Below the pieces are notes generated by a model. It saw only the letters and a program-made list of their open reading frames with translations. It had not been told where the DNA came from and made no database searches. A program made the position numbers and the translations under genes. From Amphiscolops sp. MND2022 (Eukaryota), in assembly GCA_964187785.1 (NCBI GenBank), contig OZ076409.1:87794001-87858000 (forward strand): DNA of 64,000 nt. Direction: 5' to 3'. Below are positions 23,950 to 35,817 of this stretch, in pieces. Numbering within the stretch: the stretch's first letter is position 1; every line of letters begins with the position of its first letter.

Positions 23950-25203
23950 CAGGGGTCCGCAATTAAAAATTGATGAAGCAATAATTGCAATTATAATTGA
24001 TCAATTAATTGATTTTCTCATCTTGCATTTTTCAATTATTGGAAATTAACAAGCCAATTATTGCAATAATTGATTGAGCGCAATGCATTATCTTTTTCAG
24101 GTTTGAAATGACATCTAAAGTTGAAGCGCCAGAAGACTACAAGGCTTTAACGAAGAAGTATTTCACTAAACTAGAGAATGATGTTTACAAGTGCCACTGT
24201 GGAAAACTTCTAAAAAGGAAAGATGGTACAGGCTGGTCTAACCTAATGCAACATATCCGTTCTCAACATGGAAACGACAATACATCTATTTCGGATCAGC
24301 AGACGCTTCGATTTATGCATTGTCGAAAGAGTGAAACTGTATACGGATGGTTGGAATGGGTGTGTATGGAACTAAAGCCATTTTCATTTGTGGAGAGTAG
24401 CCTAACACGCAAATATTCGTCGTTGGATAAAATCTCTGTTCACACCCTTGAGAAGTACATGCACCTTGTTTCTGATCGGGTTGAGAAAGAGATCGCCAAA
24501 GAACTGCCTGATATATTTGCACTCATTGTTGACGGATGGACGGAGGCCAGTTCGCATTTTGTAAGCGTGATGGCATCATACCCTGGAAAACATGAAGGAT
24601 ATGAAACTGCATTGTTGGGGTTTTCTCCCATTGGCGACCAAACCGGTCAGAGTGCTAGCGACATGTACGAATACATCTCATTCGTTTTATCGCAATATGG
24701 CAAGACCATGAACAACGTTGTAGCAATTATCGCCGACAACTGTGAAGCCAACAAATGCTTGAGTGATCAATGCGAGGTTCCACTCATCGGTTGTCATTCC
24801 CACCGACTTGCATTGGCAGTGGAAGAGTTCCTCAAACAGGACGAAGCTGTCTTGAGCAAGGTTCATGCTTTGATGGTGAAATTGAAGTCTCCCAATCTGT
24901 CTCCCAACTTGCGACGGAAGATACAACCTATTTATCTGGAGCAGCAGCTGTTTCTGATGTCGAACAAGAGACTGTGGGACCTGAGTCTCGTCAACGAAGT
25001 CGTCAACGCTACTGAATGACTCTTTGAGTTCATTATTTTTGGGCAAATTTTCATCAATTTTGTCTGAATTTATGCATTGACAACTGTTGTTTTGATTTGC
25101 CAATTATTGCAATAATTGTTTCATGAAGTGTCCAATTTTCAATTAATTGGTTTTTAAAATTTTAAATGCCAATTTAATTGCAATTAATAATTGCGGACCC
25201 CTG
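23950..25203 (+). mobile_element. hAT DNA transposon, internally deleted (1254 bp)
   Basis: Perfect 16-bp TIR CAGGGGTCCGCAATTA; perfect 8-bp TSD CTTGTGTG (23942-23949, 25204-25211); CAATTA subterminal repeats. Confidence 0.95.
24108..25019 (+). CDS. Truncated hAT-type transposase (BED finger and first two catalytic Asp; third acidic residue region deleted)
   Basis: KCHCGK...WSNLMQHIRSQH, IVDGWT, IADNCEAN, GCHSHRLALAV (CxxH), then a jump in frame to the C-terminal LEQQLFLMSN..LW. Confidence 0.85.
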   Translation: MTSKVEAPEDYKALTKKYFTKLENDVYKCHCGKLLKRKDGTGWSNLMQHIRSQHGNDNTSISDQQTLRFMHCRKSETVYGWLEWVCMELKPFSFVESSLTRKYSSLDKISVHTLEKYMHLVSDRVEKEIAKELPDIFALIVDGWTEASSHFVSVMASYPGKHEGYETALLGFSPIGDQTGQSASDMYEYISFVLSQYGKTMNNVVAIIADNCEANKCLSDQCEVPLIGCHSHRLALAVEEFLKQDEAVLSKVHALMVKLKSPNLSPNLRRKIQPIYLEQQLFLMSNKRLWDLSLVNEVVNATE

Positions 25204-25658
25204 CTTGTGTGTCCTATTCTACATGATGACCGAAAAGGAACTAGATTAATGACGACGATCTATGCTATGTCATCTGAGAGAAGAAAAAATCTTTTTAATT
25301 GAATTGTAAACCAATCATAAAAGCACTGTTAAATGCGTAAACCTGAAAAACAAGTAAATTAAGAATCAGTATGAGTGTTAAATGCGTAAACTATGTTTTT
25401 TCAGGCATCTCGAACGACATTTCTAATTCAATTTTGGATTTGGGAAGCATTGGACGAACACCTATATGTTCTGAAAATACATTCGCTCTCAAATGTTTCG
25501 TTTGTGTTCATTAGGTTTGTAACCAGTTTGTAATTTAACATAGCTAGATGCATTGAATTGTGGCATGAAATTTTTTATTGTTCTCACAGAAAACCTAATT
25601 GCTGTGTCACGTGAATTCCTAATGTATAATGCGACTTGTATAATACTCTTTATATACT

Positions 25659-25893
25659 CTTTTGACCTTTATATCATAGCAGCTTTAAAAAAATTTCTAC
25701 CGGTCGACTGCATAGTGGCTGCTTTGAGTAGTTTGTTGGTTGTTTTTTTTGTTACTTGTCTACTGGTATAGTGGCTGGTATGGGGTTCCCTACTTTCGTT
25801 GCAGGCAACGGGTGTGTCTTCTCCCCCCAACATGATGATACACATGGCACTTGATTGATGACGAAGATCCATGATATCTGATAGAGGAAAAAA
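25659..25893 (+). repeat. Second copy of the 235-bp unit, ending about 130 bp upstream of the DAGL ATG
   Basis: Direct repeat of 23155-23390. Confidence 0.85.
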
Positions 25894-26022
25894 ATCTTTA
25901 TAATATAGTTTTGTACATTATACGTGCTATAACTTCATTGCAGAATGAAATGCTCGAAATTGCTCGTTTCTGTTATCAAATGACGTAGATTAGCAGTATT
26001 GACTAGTAAGGGGAGAAAAGCA

Positions 26023-26229
26023 ATGCCGAAACTTTGGCTGTTCAATCGATCATGGGCGCTGGCGACAGATGATTTTGTGGCACCCAGTGCACTTAGCTTG
26101 TACATTCGCTTCCTGTCTCTTGGGCTCATCATCGCAGTTCTTGTTTTACTGCACAACAAGCTGCTCAAGTGCAACCAACCTTATTTCTATGTTTCTCTCT
26201 ATCTATATGGAACCTTAGCTATCATTGTT
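26023..26229 (+). CDS. DAGL: Diacylglycerol lipase (DAGL alpha/beta family), coding exon 1 of 7
   Basis: MPKLWLFNRSWALATDDFVAP matches the DAGL N-terminus; two hydrophobic helices; GTTAGT donor at 26230, phase 0. Confidence 0.88.
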
Positions 26230-26630
26230 GTTAGTTGCTTTACATGCCTTATTGAATTCTTCGCAACTCATGTTCAGTGCATGTAAATAAAATGCCAAAA
26301 AGCACCATGAAGCTGAAAATTTGTCTTCACCTCTGACGTATGTACCGGATTCGTTCTACGTAAATGATTCGTAATTTTACGTTGTTTGAAAATTTTTGTC
26401 CTTGTCAGATTAAACAAATTAAGTAGCTGTTTGAAAACTTAGGTCTCAGAAGCATATAATCGTGAATCTTATTTTTCTCATCGTTAACGACTCCTGACTT
26501 TTGTCGTTCGCTTCTGTTGTTGCAAAAACATGTTTCAGATGTTAATACGATGCTTAGTTTGAGTCAACCGATGTTGGTGAGGGGACTTGATCAAGTGAAA
26601 GCGAACAAAGCAACAATTAGGTCGAAACAA

Positions 26631-27179
26631 AACAAACCTGGAGCAGTATAAGTTGGCGCTTCGCCGAAGGCTCAAAAACCGCAAACGTACTTTCAAAACG
26701 TCAAATATTCTCTTTCTGAAGTGAAAATTTTCCCAAAAATCGCAGTGTTGAAAAATCCAAAGGGAACCTTTTTGGTCTTGAAAGGGTTTTTTGCCTTCAT
26801 TTTCCCCAGAAACATCAGAACATCATGCTTTTTTGCTGCTTTTCCGACCAGAAATATCAAAAAATACGGCGGATTTGAAAATAAGTTGCACAATGCCAAA
26901 AACCCTTTGGCCTTAAAAACGCTTTTTCCTCTCCAAAAAACGAAAGAAGTCCCCTTTTAGAAACTTTTCCCGGAAAAGTCGCACGGTGCCGAAAAAACCC
27001 AAAGGTTTTTTTCTTGTTTCAAAATAACAAAAAAACCTTTAAAATATTAAAATTTCCGAAAAGCCAAAGTAAATAAAATAACCCTCAAATCGCTTTTGTT
27101 TTCAATAAATTGCCAAAATTTATAAAGGAGGACGAAAAGTCACTAATTGTGGCGTTTTATTTCATAAAGCGCCGACTAG
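26631..27179 (-). mobile_element. HINE family A, diverged copy in DAGL intron 1
   Basis: AACAAACCTGGAGCAGTATAAGTTGGCG...AAGGCTCAAAA at the left and AAAGCGCCGACTA at the right. Confidence 0.65.
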
Positions 27180-27760
27180 GAAAGGTGAGATGGATGAAAG
27201 GTCATAATGAGAGGATTATGATTTAAAGTTCAAATTATTACGCAGCAATGGAAATTCTTTGGAGTGTCAGAAATATGGCTCATATTCTCTGTGAAAGATA
27301 TATTATTCGGAGACTATATCTCGTTGAAAATGGAAAAAAAGTTCTCTACGGATTGTTTTGCAAGAATATGTTGAAGAGAAACCGTTTCTTTGCTCAGATA
27401 TCAGTAACTCAATATGGTTCTCAAAAGTGGCGGCAAGCCAACTAACTTTCAACTAAAATTTCAAAAGAATTCACAATCTTCCAACTCAACGCCTGGAAGC
27501 ATTCACAACAGAATATGAACAAATGCGAACACAAAAACATCAGATTTCAAGATAGCAAAAAACTGACGTTTGGAATTTCCCTTTGAGGAATTTATACAAA
27601 ACCGAATCTCAAAATCCATAAAAGTCAATTTTTGTTTAACAAGCAAAATTTTCTTGAGAATTTATTGAAGAGTCTCTACATCAAAAAGTCCTTTCAAATT
27701 CAAAAACGAAAAATGTTGCAGAGAGCCGGATTGACATTTGCAAAGTTTTTGTGATATGGA

Positions 27761-28323
27761 AAGCCCATGTTATTCATATTAGGAGCAAGTTCTTTACATC
27801 ATGCTTTAGAAACTTTTACCTCTTAATGAAAAGGAACGTTATAAAGACAAAATCTATTTCGTCCCGGGCCTGAGTTTAAACCCAAATACCAAAAATCTTC
27901 GAAAAATTGTTCAAAATATGGTTTCAACAGATGTTAAAGAGAAGAAAAACATTGTAATCTGGCATGATGCTTTGAATAACACCATCTCACGTCTTGACAG
28001 TAACAACTTTCATGCATTATCAGCCTCAGAACTGATTGTAACTTTGAAAGGACTTCAAAGCAAGCTCAGTGCTCTAGTTTACTGCCACTGTTACCGATCC
28101 CCGTATATCCTCGACGCTCTGGATGTTCTGGAAACCGATCATGACATGAAAGTGTTTATCATAGTGACAGGATTCATTTCATTGAAAAAAAAAGATTCCG
28201 AACTACTGAAAAAATATAATGCTTTGCACTAGAGTCCTGGGCTTGAGTTGAAAAAGCTTAACTTTTTGTTACGTAAAAAGAGTGAACTCTCGACAATAAA
28301 AGATAAAAGTCGTCCAAAGAGGT
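27761..28323 (+). pseudogene. Frameshifted SGNH/GDSL-hydrolase-like coding remnant, probably from a mobile element
   Basis: LFILGASSL (block I-like), FVPGLSL (II), IVIWHDALNN (III), YNALH (V); one frameshift and an internal stop; intronless, inside DAGL intron 1. Confidence 0.45.
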
Positions 28324-28979
28324 CCGTTTCAATTGCTATTCAACATTCTTTTCGGACCGTTTCCAGACGCTTGGTTGGCGTTCGATAGAACATAACATAA
28401 CCTGCAATCTCCTGATTCGCAGTCGCACCTGTTCAAAGTCACTGAAACCGTATCAAAGCCGAAACACTCAATTCATTCCAAACTCAATTTTGTTCCCCAA
28501 AGGTTTCCAATGGCCGGTCCCATTCAAGAGAGTTTCCAAAAATGGTTCGAAAAACGTTTAAAAGCAGAAACGGAGCTGAAAAGGTTCCAAAGCGAAATCG
28601 TAAATTCATAAACAATGTTTAATACAGCTCAAAACGGTTTGCGTATGCTGTAATTGCATTTCATGGCTTTCACTTCGAGGGCCACAAGTCGTTCACAAAG
28701 TATTGCTTTTATTCTGAATCCCTTGATCCCGATAAACGCCGCTTCCGACTACCGTGCGTATGCTCGGCTTTCGACTAACGTGTGTTTGCTCTATTGAGAT
28801 GTAGTTTCCCTTTTTTCTAAGCGACAATTTTTTTAATCATGCATAGAACAGCCACTCTTCGATTTAGGTGATTAAGTATTCAATTGTCAGACCTGAAAGT
28901 AACCAATTAGATTATTACTATAGGACCTTTTTTCTCGTATTCGGATTCTGTTTTCTAATTCATCTGTTTTTTTTTTCAG

Positions 28980-29265
28980 CTGATGATCATCAATGACCTG
29001 GTTGTGTTTTGTTTGAGTAGACGTGGCGCCATAATGGATGAAAAACCCAGAAGGCATGTACCCAAGTTTTTAGCCATGCGAGTTGTCTTCTCGGCTATTG
29101 AGCTTGGCTGGACTATTTTCGGCACTGTCGTCGTCATTTATAAATTTCCATGTGACACTCTCGCGCATGCAATTATAATAGCATGGGTTGCATTTTCGTG
29201 GTTAATGCTTGCGCTTTTCCTCATTGCCATTTTACTCTTCTTTGACCCCCTGGGATCAACGCCTT
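28980..29265 (+). CDS. DAGL: DAGL exon 2
   Basis: Poly-T CAG acceptor; SRRGAIMDEKPRRHVPKFL, two TM helices, FDPLG; GTTAGT donor, phase 1. Confidence 0.9.
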
Positions 29266-29450
29266 GTTAGTACTGCTTCATGTTTTTGTTTTACATACAG
29301 CCGCGTTTCACAGCTAAAGCTCTGTCTCATTTTACTTCATTTTTATCTTGAAATTCAATCCTTTCTGTTCGTGCGTCACATCAGCAATTTGTGCAATTAC
29401 ATGCTTATAGTTCCTTCCACCTTCAAGAAACAGAAGGATACTTTTGTTTT

Positions 29451-31351
29451 TTTTTGTTCGGCGCTTTTTTAAATAACTCAAAAATGAAAAAGTCTCGAGA
29501 GCAACAGAAGTGCTTCAAATTTTGACCAGAATTACTGTTATCTTCATTAGCAGATCAAAGGAAAATACTTTATAATTTTGTATTATTCCCTTTTAAACGT
29601 AATAGTTCTCAGAAAAAGTGTTGAGTGGAAAATAAAAGCACAGCGTCTAGCCTACTGATTGTGTCCCTGGTTTTAGATCGACAGTTCAGCTTTAAATCGA
29701 CACCCTCTCAGAAATGTCAATGAAAAAAAAAATAAATGAAGCCCCGTCAAAGTTTCTCATTTCATGGCGAGAATTTCATTACTAGCGCTTCATGTGAGAA
29801 AAAATTCCCGACTCTCACATCGAGTTTTTTCTTTCGACAGACCTGGCCTTTTTAAATAGACTTTCACGCTGAAAACCCTTTGTGCTTTTTTCCGCGCGAC
29901 ATTTCGTTTCAGCCGGCAAGTCACACAGTTCAGGCGCTCGTGGTCTAGTGGTAAGATGTTTGCTTTTCAACCCAGAGGTTTCGTGTTCGAGCCGGTGCAT
30001 ATGCGCTAATTTTTTTACAAGCAATCGGAAGCACAAGTGTCCACGTAACTACTTTTTGGACACTAAGAGACTTCCCCGTTTTTTCGGCTTTTTTTCGAAA
30101 ATTTTTCAATATCCCCAATGGGCCCCCCTTCAATTATTCTGATATTTTGCAACAGAATGAATGTTTTAAAAACCCTCTTTAAGATTTTTCAGCACTATGA
30201 AACTTCAAAATTCTATTTTTTTGAAATTTTTTCCCTTCAATTTTTTGATATTTCACAACAGAATTGATGTTAAAAAATTTCTTTTACAGTTTCCCAAACG
30301 GTCTCCCTTCAGTTTTTTAAAATTTTGCAACAGAATGGATGTTCAAAAAATCTCAAAGGGCCCCCTTTTACTGTTTTTGGCATTGTGAGATTTTTCAAAA
30401 GGAATAATTCTTGTCTTAAAATTAGGATTTCTCAGGCCCAGCACGCTATGACCAATTTTCGTTTTTTTTAAAGACCGGTGATTTTTCTATGCGACTTTTT
30501 CAAATTAGTTTTCATCGAAGCCCCCCTCACTTTTTACAAGAAACGAAACGTTTTGCGAGCGTAAAGGACTCCTCAACGTTTTCGACACTATGCGACTTAC
30601 CGAAGACCATCAAAAAATTTTCGAAAAATTTCGAAAATTTTTTTCCTCAATTTTCTGGTTTTTTTTAAAGGTTTTCGGTTGAGAAAGATGGTTTTTTTGC
30701 TGTTTCCAGTTGGGGAAGAATGGTTTTCTTTTGAAAAGTTCACAACTTTCTTCGCAAGTGTTTGCGAAGCACGTCTTCGCCTCTGTGTCTAATTTATTTT
30801 CATCGAAGCCCCCTCCCTCAATTTTTACTGGAAACGGAACGTTCTGTGAGCATAAAGGATTCCTTAGGGGTTTCGGCACTATGCGACTTTCCGGAGACCT
30901 TCATCAAAAAAATTTTCGAAAAAAAATTTCGGAAACATTCTTCCTTCAATTTTTAGTGTTTGAGAGGTCTTGTCTCCTGTTGTGGAAAAAGTGGTTTTCG
31001 AGTGTTATGCGTATCCCTTGAGGTACAATTTGGCACTGTAAAATTGATGAAATTTCAACAAAAATGTACATTTGCATATGTAAAAAAAATTTGAACCTTG
31101 AGCGGGGCGCCGACTTGGCCCGTTCCCTGCTTGTTTTTCATTTCATCGAATTTAAATACAATTTCGGTCGATAAAGTTTTTTTGCTGATTACAGTTGGGG
31201 AAAATGGTTTTCGAGTCGTATGCGTATCCCTTCGGGCATTTTTTGGCGTTGTAAAATTGATGAACATTTAACAATGTCCTTTTGCATGTTCAAAAACTTT
31301 ACTTTTTTGAACCTTGAGAGGGGCGTTGTCTTGGGCTGTTCACGGTTTGTT
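29451..31351 (+). mobile_element. Long composite HINE family A copy with a duplicated 3' end
   Basis: TTTTTGTTCGGCG start; internal AAGGGCCCCC and GGCACTATGCGAC repeats; 3' ends CGCCGACTTGGCCCGTTCCCTGCTTGTT (31135) and a degenerate copy ending at 31351. Confidence 0.65.
29933..30007 (+). pseudogene. tRNA-derived segment (Glu-TTC-like) inside a HINE
   Basis: A box TGGTCTAGTGG, CTTTTCAA loop, B box GTTCGAGCC, T7 run at 30010-30016; cloverleaf stems degenerate. Confidence 0.6.
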
Positions 31352-31563
31352 TTAAATTGATCAAGTAGTCGAAAAATTTCCCGACTCTGTAACCCTTGGT
31401 GCTCCGTATGATATTGCGTATTTGGTTTTCTGTTCAAAAGTTCGCAACTCGACACAATATGGGAATCCCATATAGATGATGTGTTAAAATAGAAATCCGG
31501 TCCTTGTATAGATCACAAACCGTATTCATTTCGGATCTTTTTTTGGATCGTTTTTTTCCTGTC

Positions 31564-32100
31564 TTTTTAGTCGGCGCTATATCCTTTGACGGAAAAATGC
31601 CCGACTCTTACAGTGACCTTTGTTTTTTCTTCAGACCACAGACCTGATCGGTCCACGTTTTACAGAAACTACTAAAACTACTCAGGCCAAGTCCGGCCAA
31701 TGCTAACTTAGTGCAAAGGGACCCTTTCATTTTTTACTTTTTTAAACGTAACCTACAAAATCGGACGAGACTGAAGGGTCCCCTTTCGATTTTTTCGGCA
31801 CTGTGCGACTTTTTTTCGAAAATTTTCAGTCTTAAAAGTGCCCCCTGGAAGTTTTTTTTAATGTTTTGCAACTGAATGAATGTTATTAGATCCCAAAGGG
31901 CCTCTTTACATTTTCCGAAAGACAAAATACGATGTTCGGGAAAAAGTGGTTTCTGAGTCTTATCGAACATAAAAGGCACCCTTTGGGTGTCTCGAAACTG
32001 TTTTCTGAGCTTTTCATAAATACGTCCTGGGCATATTTTGAAAACTTTGCGCTTTTTAAGCTTTAGATATGGCGCCGACTTTAGACGTTCTCGTCTTGTT
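31564..32100 (+). mobile_element. HINE family A, complete copy
   Basis: TTTTTAGTCGGCG...CGCCGACTTTAGACGTTCTCGTCTTGTT. Confidence 0.88.
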
Positions 32101-32269
32101 TTACCTCGTCACAGGCAAAATAGGCAGTTTTAATCTAACCGACTTTTACTCATCACTTTTTGATATACAAGTGCCAGTCTTACAGAGGCAAGTATTCTTG
32201 TCAGTGGCCATAGTGAATGGTCCACTTTTCCAATTCGTTTAACATCAGTCACCTCATATCTCCGTGGAG

Positions 32270-32662
32270 CACTTTTAGGGCTCGGAAAACGCTTCACTGG
32301 GAAAACCAAATTTTAAAACAAAAATTAATCATTCTGAAAAATCTCACAATGCCGAAAATTATAAAAGGGGGACCCTTTGCGCTTTTTGAAAATCCAATTT
32401 GTTGCAAAATATCAAAAAATTGAAGGGGGACCCTTTGGTGCGATCAAAAAATTTTTGAAGTGTCACAACGCCGGAAAAAAATTCAACTTGAAAACACCAA
32501 GATAGCCAGAGTGGGAAGTTAGTATGTTTTCGAGGTTCTGGACGTCGGTTTTGTTTTGAACGACGTTCTGACGTTTCGAGCATGCTTTGGACATCCGTAC
32601 TTCAAAAAAACACTACCCACTGTAAAAGTTGGGCCTTTTTCTTGAAAGCACCGACTAAAAAA
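32270..32662 (-). mobile_element. HINE family A, partial copy
   Basis: AAAGGGGGACCC repeats and terminal GAAAGCACCGACTAAAAAA. Confidence 0.7.
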
Positions 32663-32754
32663 TGTGTAATATAGCGTGCTTTTTTACGTCTTGCCAGGTA
32701 AAATGTGATGGCGGTCTAATTTGAATAATTTCCATCTTTTGAAATCGAACTATC

Positions 32755-33312
32755 TTTTTAGTCGGCGTTTTCGAAGAAAATACAGAATCTTACAGTGGCT
32801 AGTTTTTTTCGTCAGTTCAACGCGATCGGTCCACTTTTTGTTCATTTGTTCAACATCATCAACTTTAACTACGGTTCGAAAACCTCCAAAACATACTCGA
32901 ACCGCCAGAACCTCGTCCAAAACAAAAACATCGACGTCCAGAACCTCGATAACATAGGATCCCCCTTTGGTGTTTTTCACTCGGATTTTTTTCGGCACTA
33001 TGCGACTTTTTTTCAAGCTTTTTGGATTCCACCAAAGGGCCTCCCCTTCAATTTTTTTAAAATATTTTGCAGCACAATGGATGTCAAAAAATCCCCAAAG
33101 GGTCCCCCCTTTTACAATTTTTGGCACTGTGACGCTGTTCGAAAATTTCAATTTTAATTTTTTTTCGATTTTTTCAATGTTCCCAAAGGGTCCCCTTCGA
33201 TTTTTTGAAATTTTGCAACCAACTGGAGTTTCACAAAGCACAAACGGTCCCTCTTTTACAATTTTGAGCCTTAGATATATGTAGCGCCGACTTTGGCCGT
33301 TCCCGGCTTGTT
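32755..33312 (+). mobile_element. HINE family A, complete copy
   Basis: TTTTTAGTCGGCG...CGCCGACTTTGGCCGTTCCCGGCTTGTT. Confidence 0.88.
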
Positions 33313-33955
33313 ATCTTTTTAGCATACAATATAACGTAAAACTCGAAACAACACTCCCTCATTGGCTTTTCAATGCGTCACTATCATTTCTTCAAAACTG
33401 TTCGTCTTTATTTAGTTTTCAGTCAGTAAGCAACCTTTTATGAACTCAAATACTGAGGGTTTCACGACTTTGTTGAAAATAAGTTTTATCAGAAGCAGGT
33501 CTTTTCCAAAGATTAAGCTGTTCACTGTTTTTAGCCCTATGTTTTCCAGGAAAAAAACAGCATTTCCTGAAACTAATTCCATACGCAATTCCATTCTTGA
33601 TTTTCCGTGATTCTTCCAAATTTTGTTCTTAAATTAAATTGACAATCACTAGCAAGGAAAAAAATTTTTGAGTAGATTCACCGGATGTTTAGAGTCTTGT
33701 AAACTAATGATATGTAAGTATTGAAGCAGGCTTGGATCTAGAATCGATCAAAAGAGTTATCACAAAGCAAAGTGGAGAACCTAATGTTAGTAACTTAGCA
33801 AGTCACAATCTTTGTTGCTGATCGTATTCAACTCGCATGAAGTTTTATAAATTCTAGAATTATCGTTTCAATCGCTGATCAAATGTCAAGTGGTTCTCAA
33901 GTTTTTAAGCAAAACGTAGTTTGTCCGAAACATTCGTAAGAAAAATCATAGTATG

Positions 33956-35029
33956 CACTAGGGTACCAAAAAGCTGTTAATATATTTAAGAAAAAAGTTT
34001 CGGGTAAAAGACACACAAATTTTGATCAGCAATACCAGGGTATTTTTTGTTTTGAAATCGAATCGAATTTAAAAGGATATCACATTGTATTTCAATGATT
34101 TTTGGAATTTTTTGAACTTTATCAAGTAATATCTCAAACTATAGATCTGAAGAAAACCCCCCATCAATCATTTTTGTAGCCGTGACACCGTTCTTTAACT
34201 TTCATACTTAACAATTATTCTGGAAATGTTTTTTTTTGAAAAATGAACAGCCAGGGCAGTTGTAATTTTGCGTTATAACTTCTTTAAGGGACGTTTTCAG
34301 AAAAAGTGTTGAGTTCAAAAGTTACAGATCAGCAAGGCTGGTACGTTTGTTTTAAGCTGTTTTAAAAAGCATTTAAAAACATGTTTCAAACTCTAACGAA
34401 AAAAGAACATTGTTTTTTTTTTTCACGTAGCTATTTCTCGCACCAAAGAAAAATCTTAAACCTGAAGAGTTCCGACAAGGCATGAGTTGCATAGATAACT
34501 CTAATTTGGGCCTTACCTGTGGTTCTCTTTGAACAAATTTGGTTGTTTAGAAAGCTGGCAAACTCGCATTTTTCTTCAGACAGTTGAACGCTGAATAATT
34601 GCACTCTCTGTGCAGTGAAATTAAGCTTTCAATCTTAATTTTGCAACAAAATGAAAAAGAACAAATGAACATGTTTTTCCAGAAAAAAAACACGCTGTTT
34701 GTTTCATTTGGGTCAAAAACACGTTTTTTCCCAGCCCTGGAGATCAGACTCACAAAGTTTATCTCAAACACTTTTTGTTAAGAACAGCGGTTCTCGAGGT
34801 ATTGATTGATAAATTTCGAAAAATATCAAGAGTCAAAATTAAGCGAAGACTTCTGTTAGCTACTAACTTTTTCGTAGTTTTTGAGTTCAAAACAAAAATA
34901 TCCCTGTAATTCTGATTGAAACATGAGAAGGTTTTGCTCCGATGACTTTTGTGTCTATTGATAATGGACACGTTTAATGCGCTCTGAGACTTGAAATCAA
35001 GCGTCTTTTAGCTTTTTGGTACCCTAGTA
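33956..35029. mobile_element. Non-autonomous TIR element with CACTAGGG terminus (Chapaev/CMC- or Transib-like)
   Basis: Perfect 19-bp inverted repeat ACTAGGGTACCAAAAAGCT (33957-33975 and 35010-35028); flanks TATG/TATC as an imperfect 4-bp TSD; no ORF. Confidence 0.75.
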
Positions 35030-35619
35030 TATCACAATGTTGTATTGATTGTTATATTGAAAATCGAGTGTCAATTTCAGCACACTTCCAACAAATTCAG
35101 TCTCAGCAACAAAAAGCACTGAGAACAAAAAAGTCGTGCCTCAATCAAATCTTAATCTAGTGTTTAGCAATCTCGACAAAAAATATGCGAGGCGAAAAGT
35201 ATCAACGGAGGCGCTTTTTATCAGTGTCTTGAATGGTTGCGAATTGTTGTTCTGAGTTTCTTTGAAACCTTTTTAATATATTCGCTTTAAATGTTTCATC
35301 GACCGTGGCTTATCTTTGGTTCAAACATTTCATCAATTTCATATTACCAAATCTTCACTGAAATGCTTTGTTTTTTAAACTTGAAAATTTTTGGCGATCC
35401 ATGGATGCAATGTTTAAATTTTGTACAGCTGCTTGGCTTAATGAATGTTTCTGATGATGAGCTTTCTGTGGATAAATCTAACAAAAGCATTATGAGGTTA
35501 TTTCTTGGCTAATATTTAACAATGAAGAAGTAACACCTTTCCGCAATAATTGCTTTCTAAATCTCGTTTCAATGAAATGGAGAAGCTTTTCAAGTGAAAT
35601 TAATGCATGCTGCTTGCAG

Positions 35620-35817
35620 GTGACAGTGAGGATTATCCGGCGCATGCTTGGCGAGTGTGGAAGATTCGAATCTACCTGTTGAGGCTTCTCATGTGTCGAT
35701 ACACGCATTACGAAGAAATGGAAGACGTGGCTAGATTGTTCCAGGAAGAATTGAGACACAACGAGTTGGTGTACAGTGACGTTGCAGCTGCTTTCATTCT
35801 TCTCAGCAAGAAACAGA
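35620..35817 (+). CDS. DAGL: DAGL exon 3
   Basis: TGCAG acceptor; VWKIRI...VARLF...ELVYSDVAAAFILL (DLVPSDIAAG-like motif); GTTAGA donor, phase 1. Confidence 0.88.

Noticed and set aside
29815..33284. Many short Phe/Lys-rich ORFs (KGGPL, GTVRLF, LSLRY)
   Set aside because: Chance translations of non-coding HINE repeats, recurring on both strands wherever the repeat occurs.
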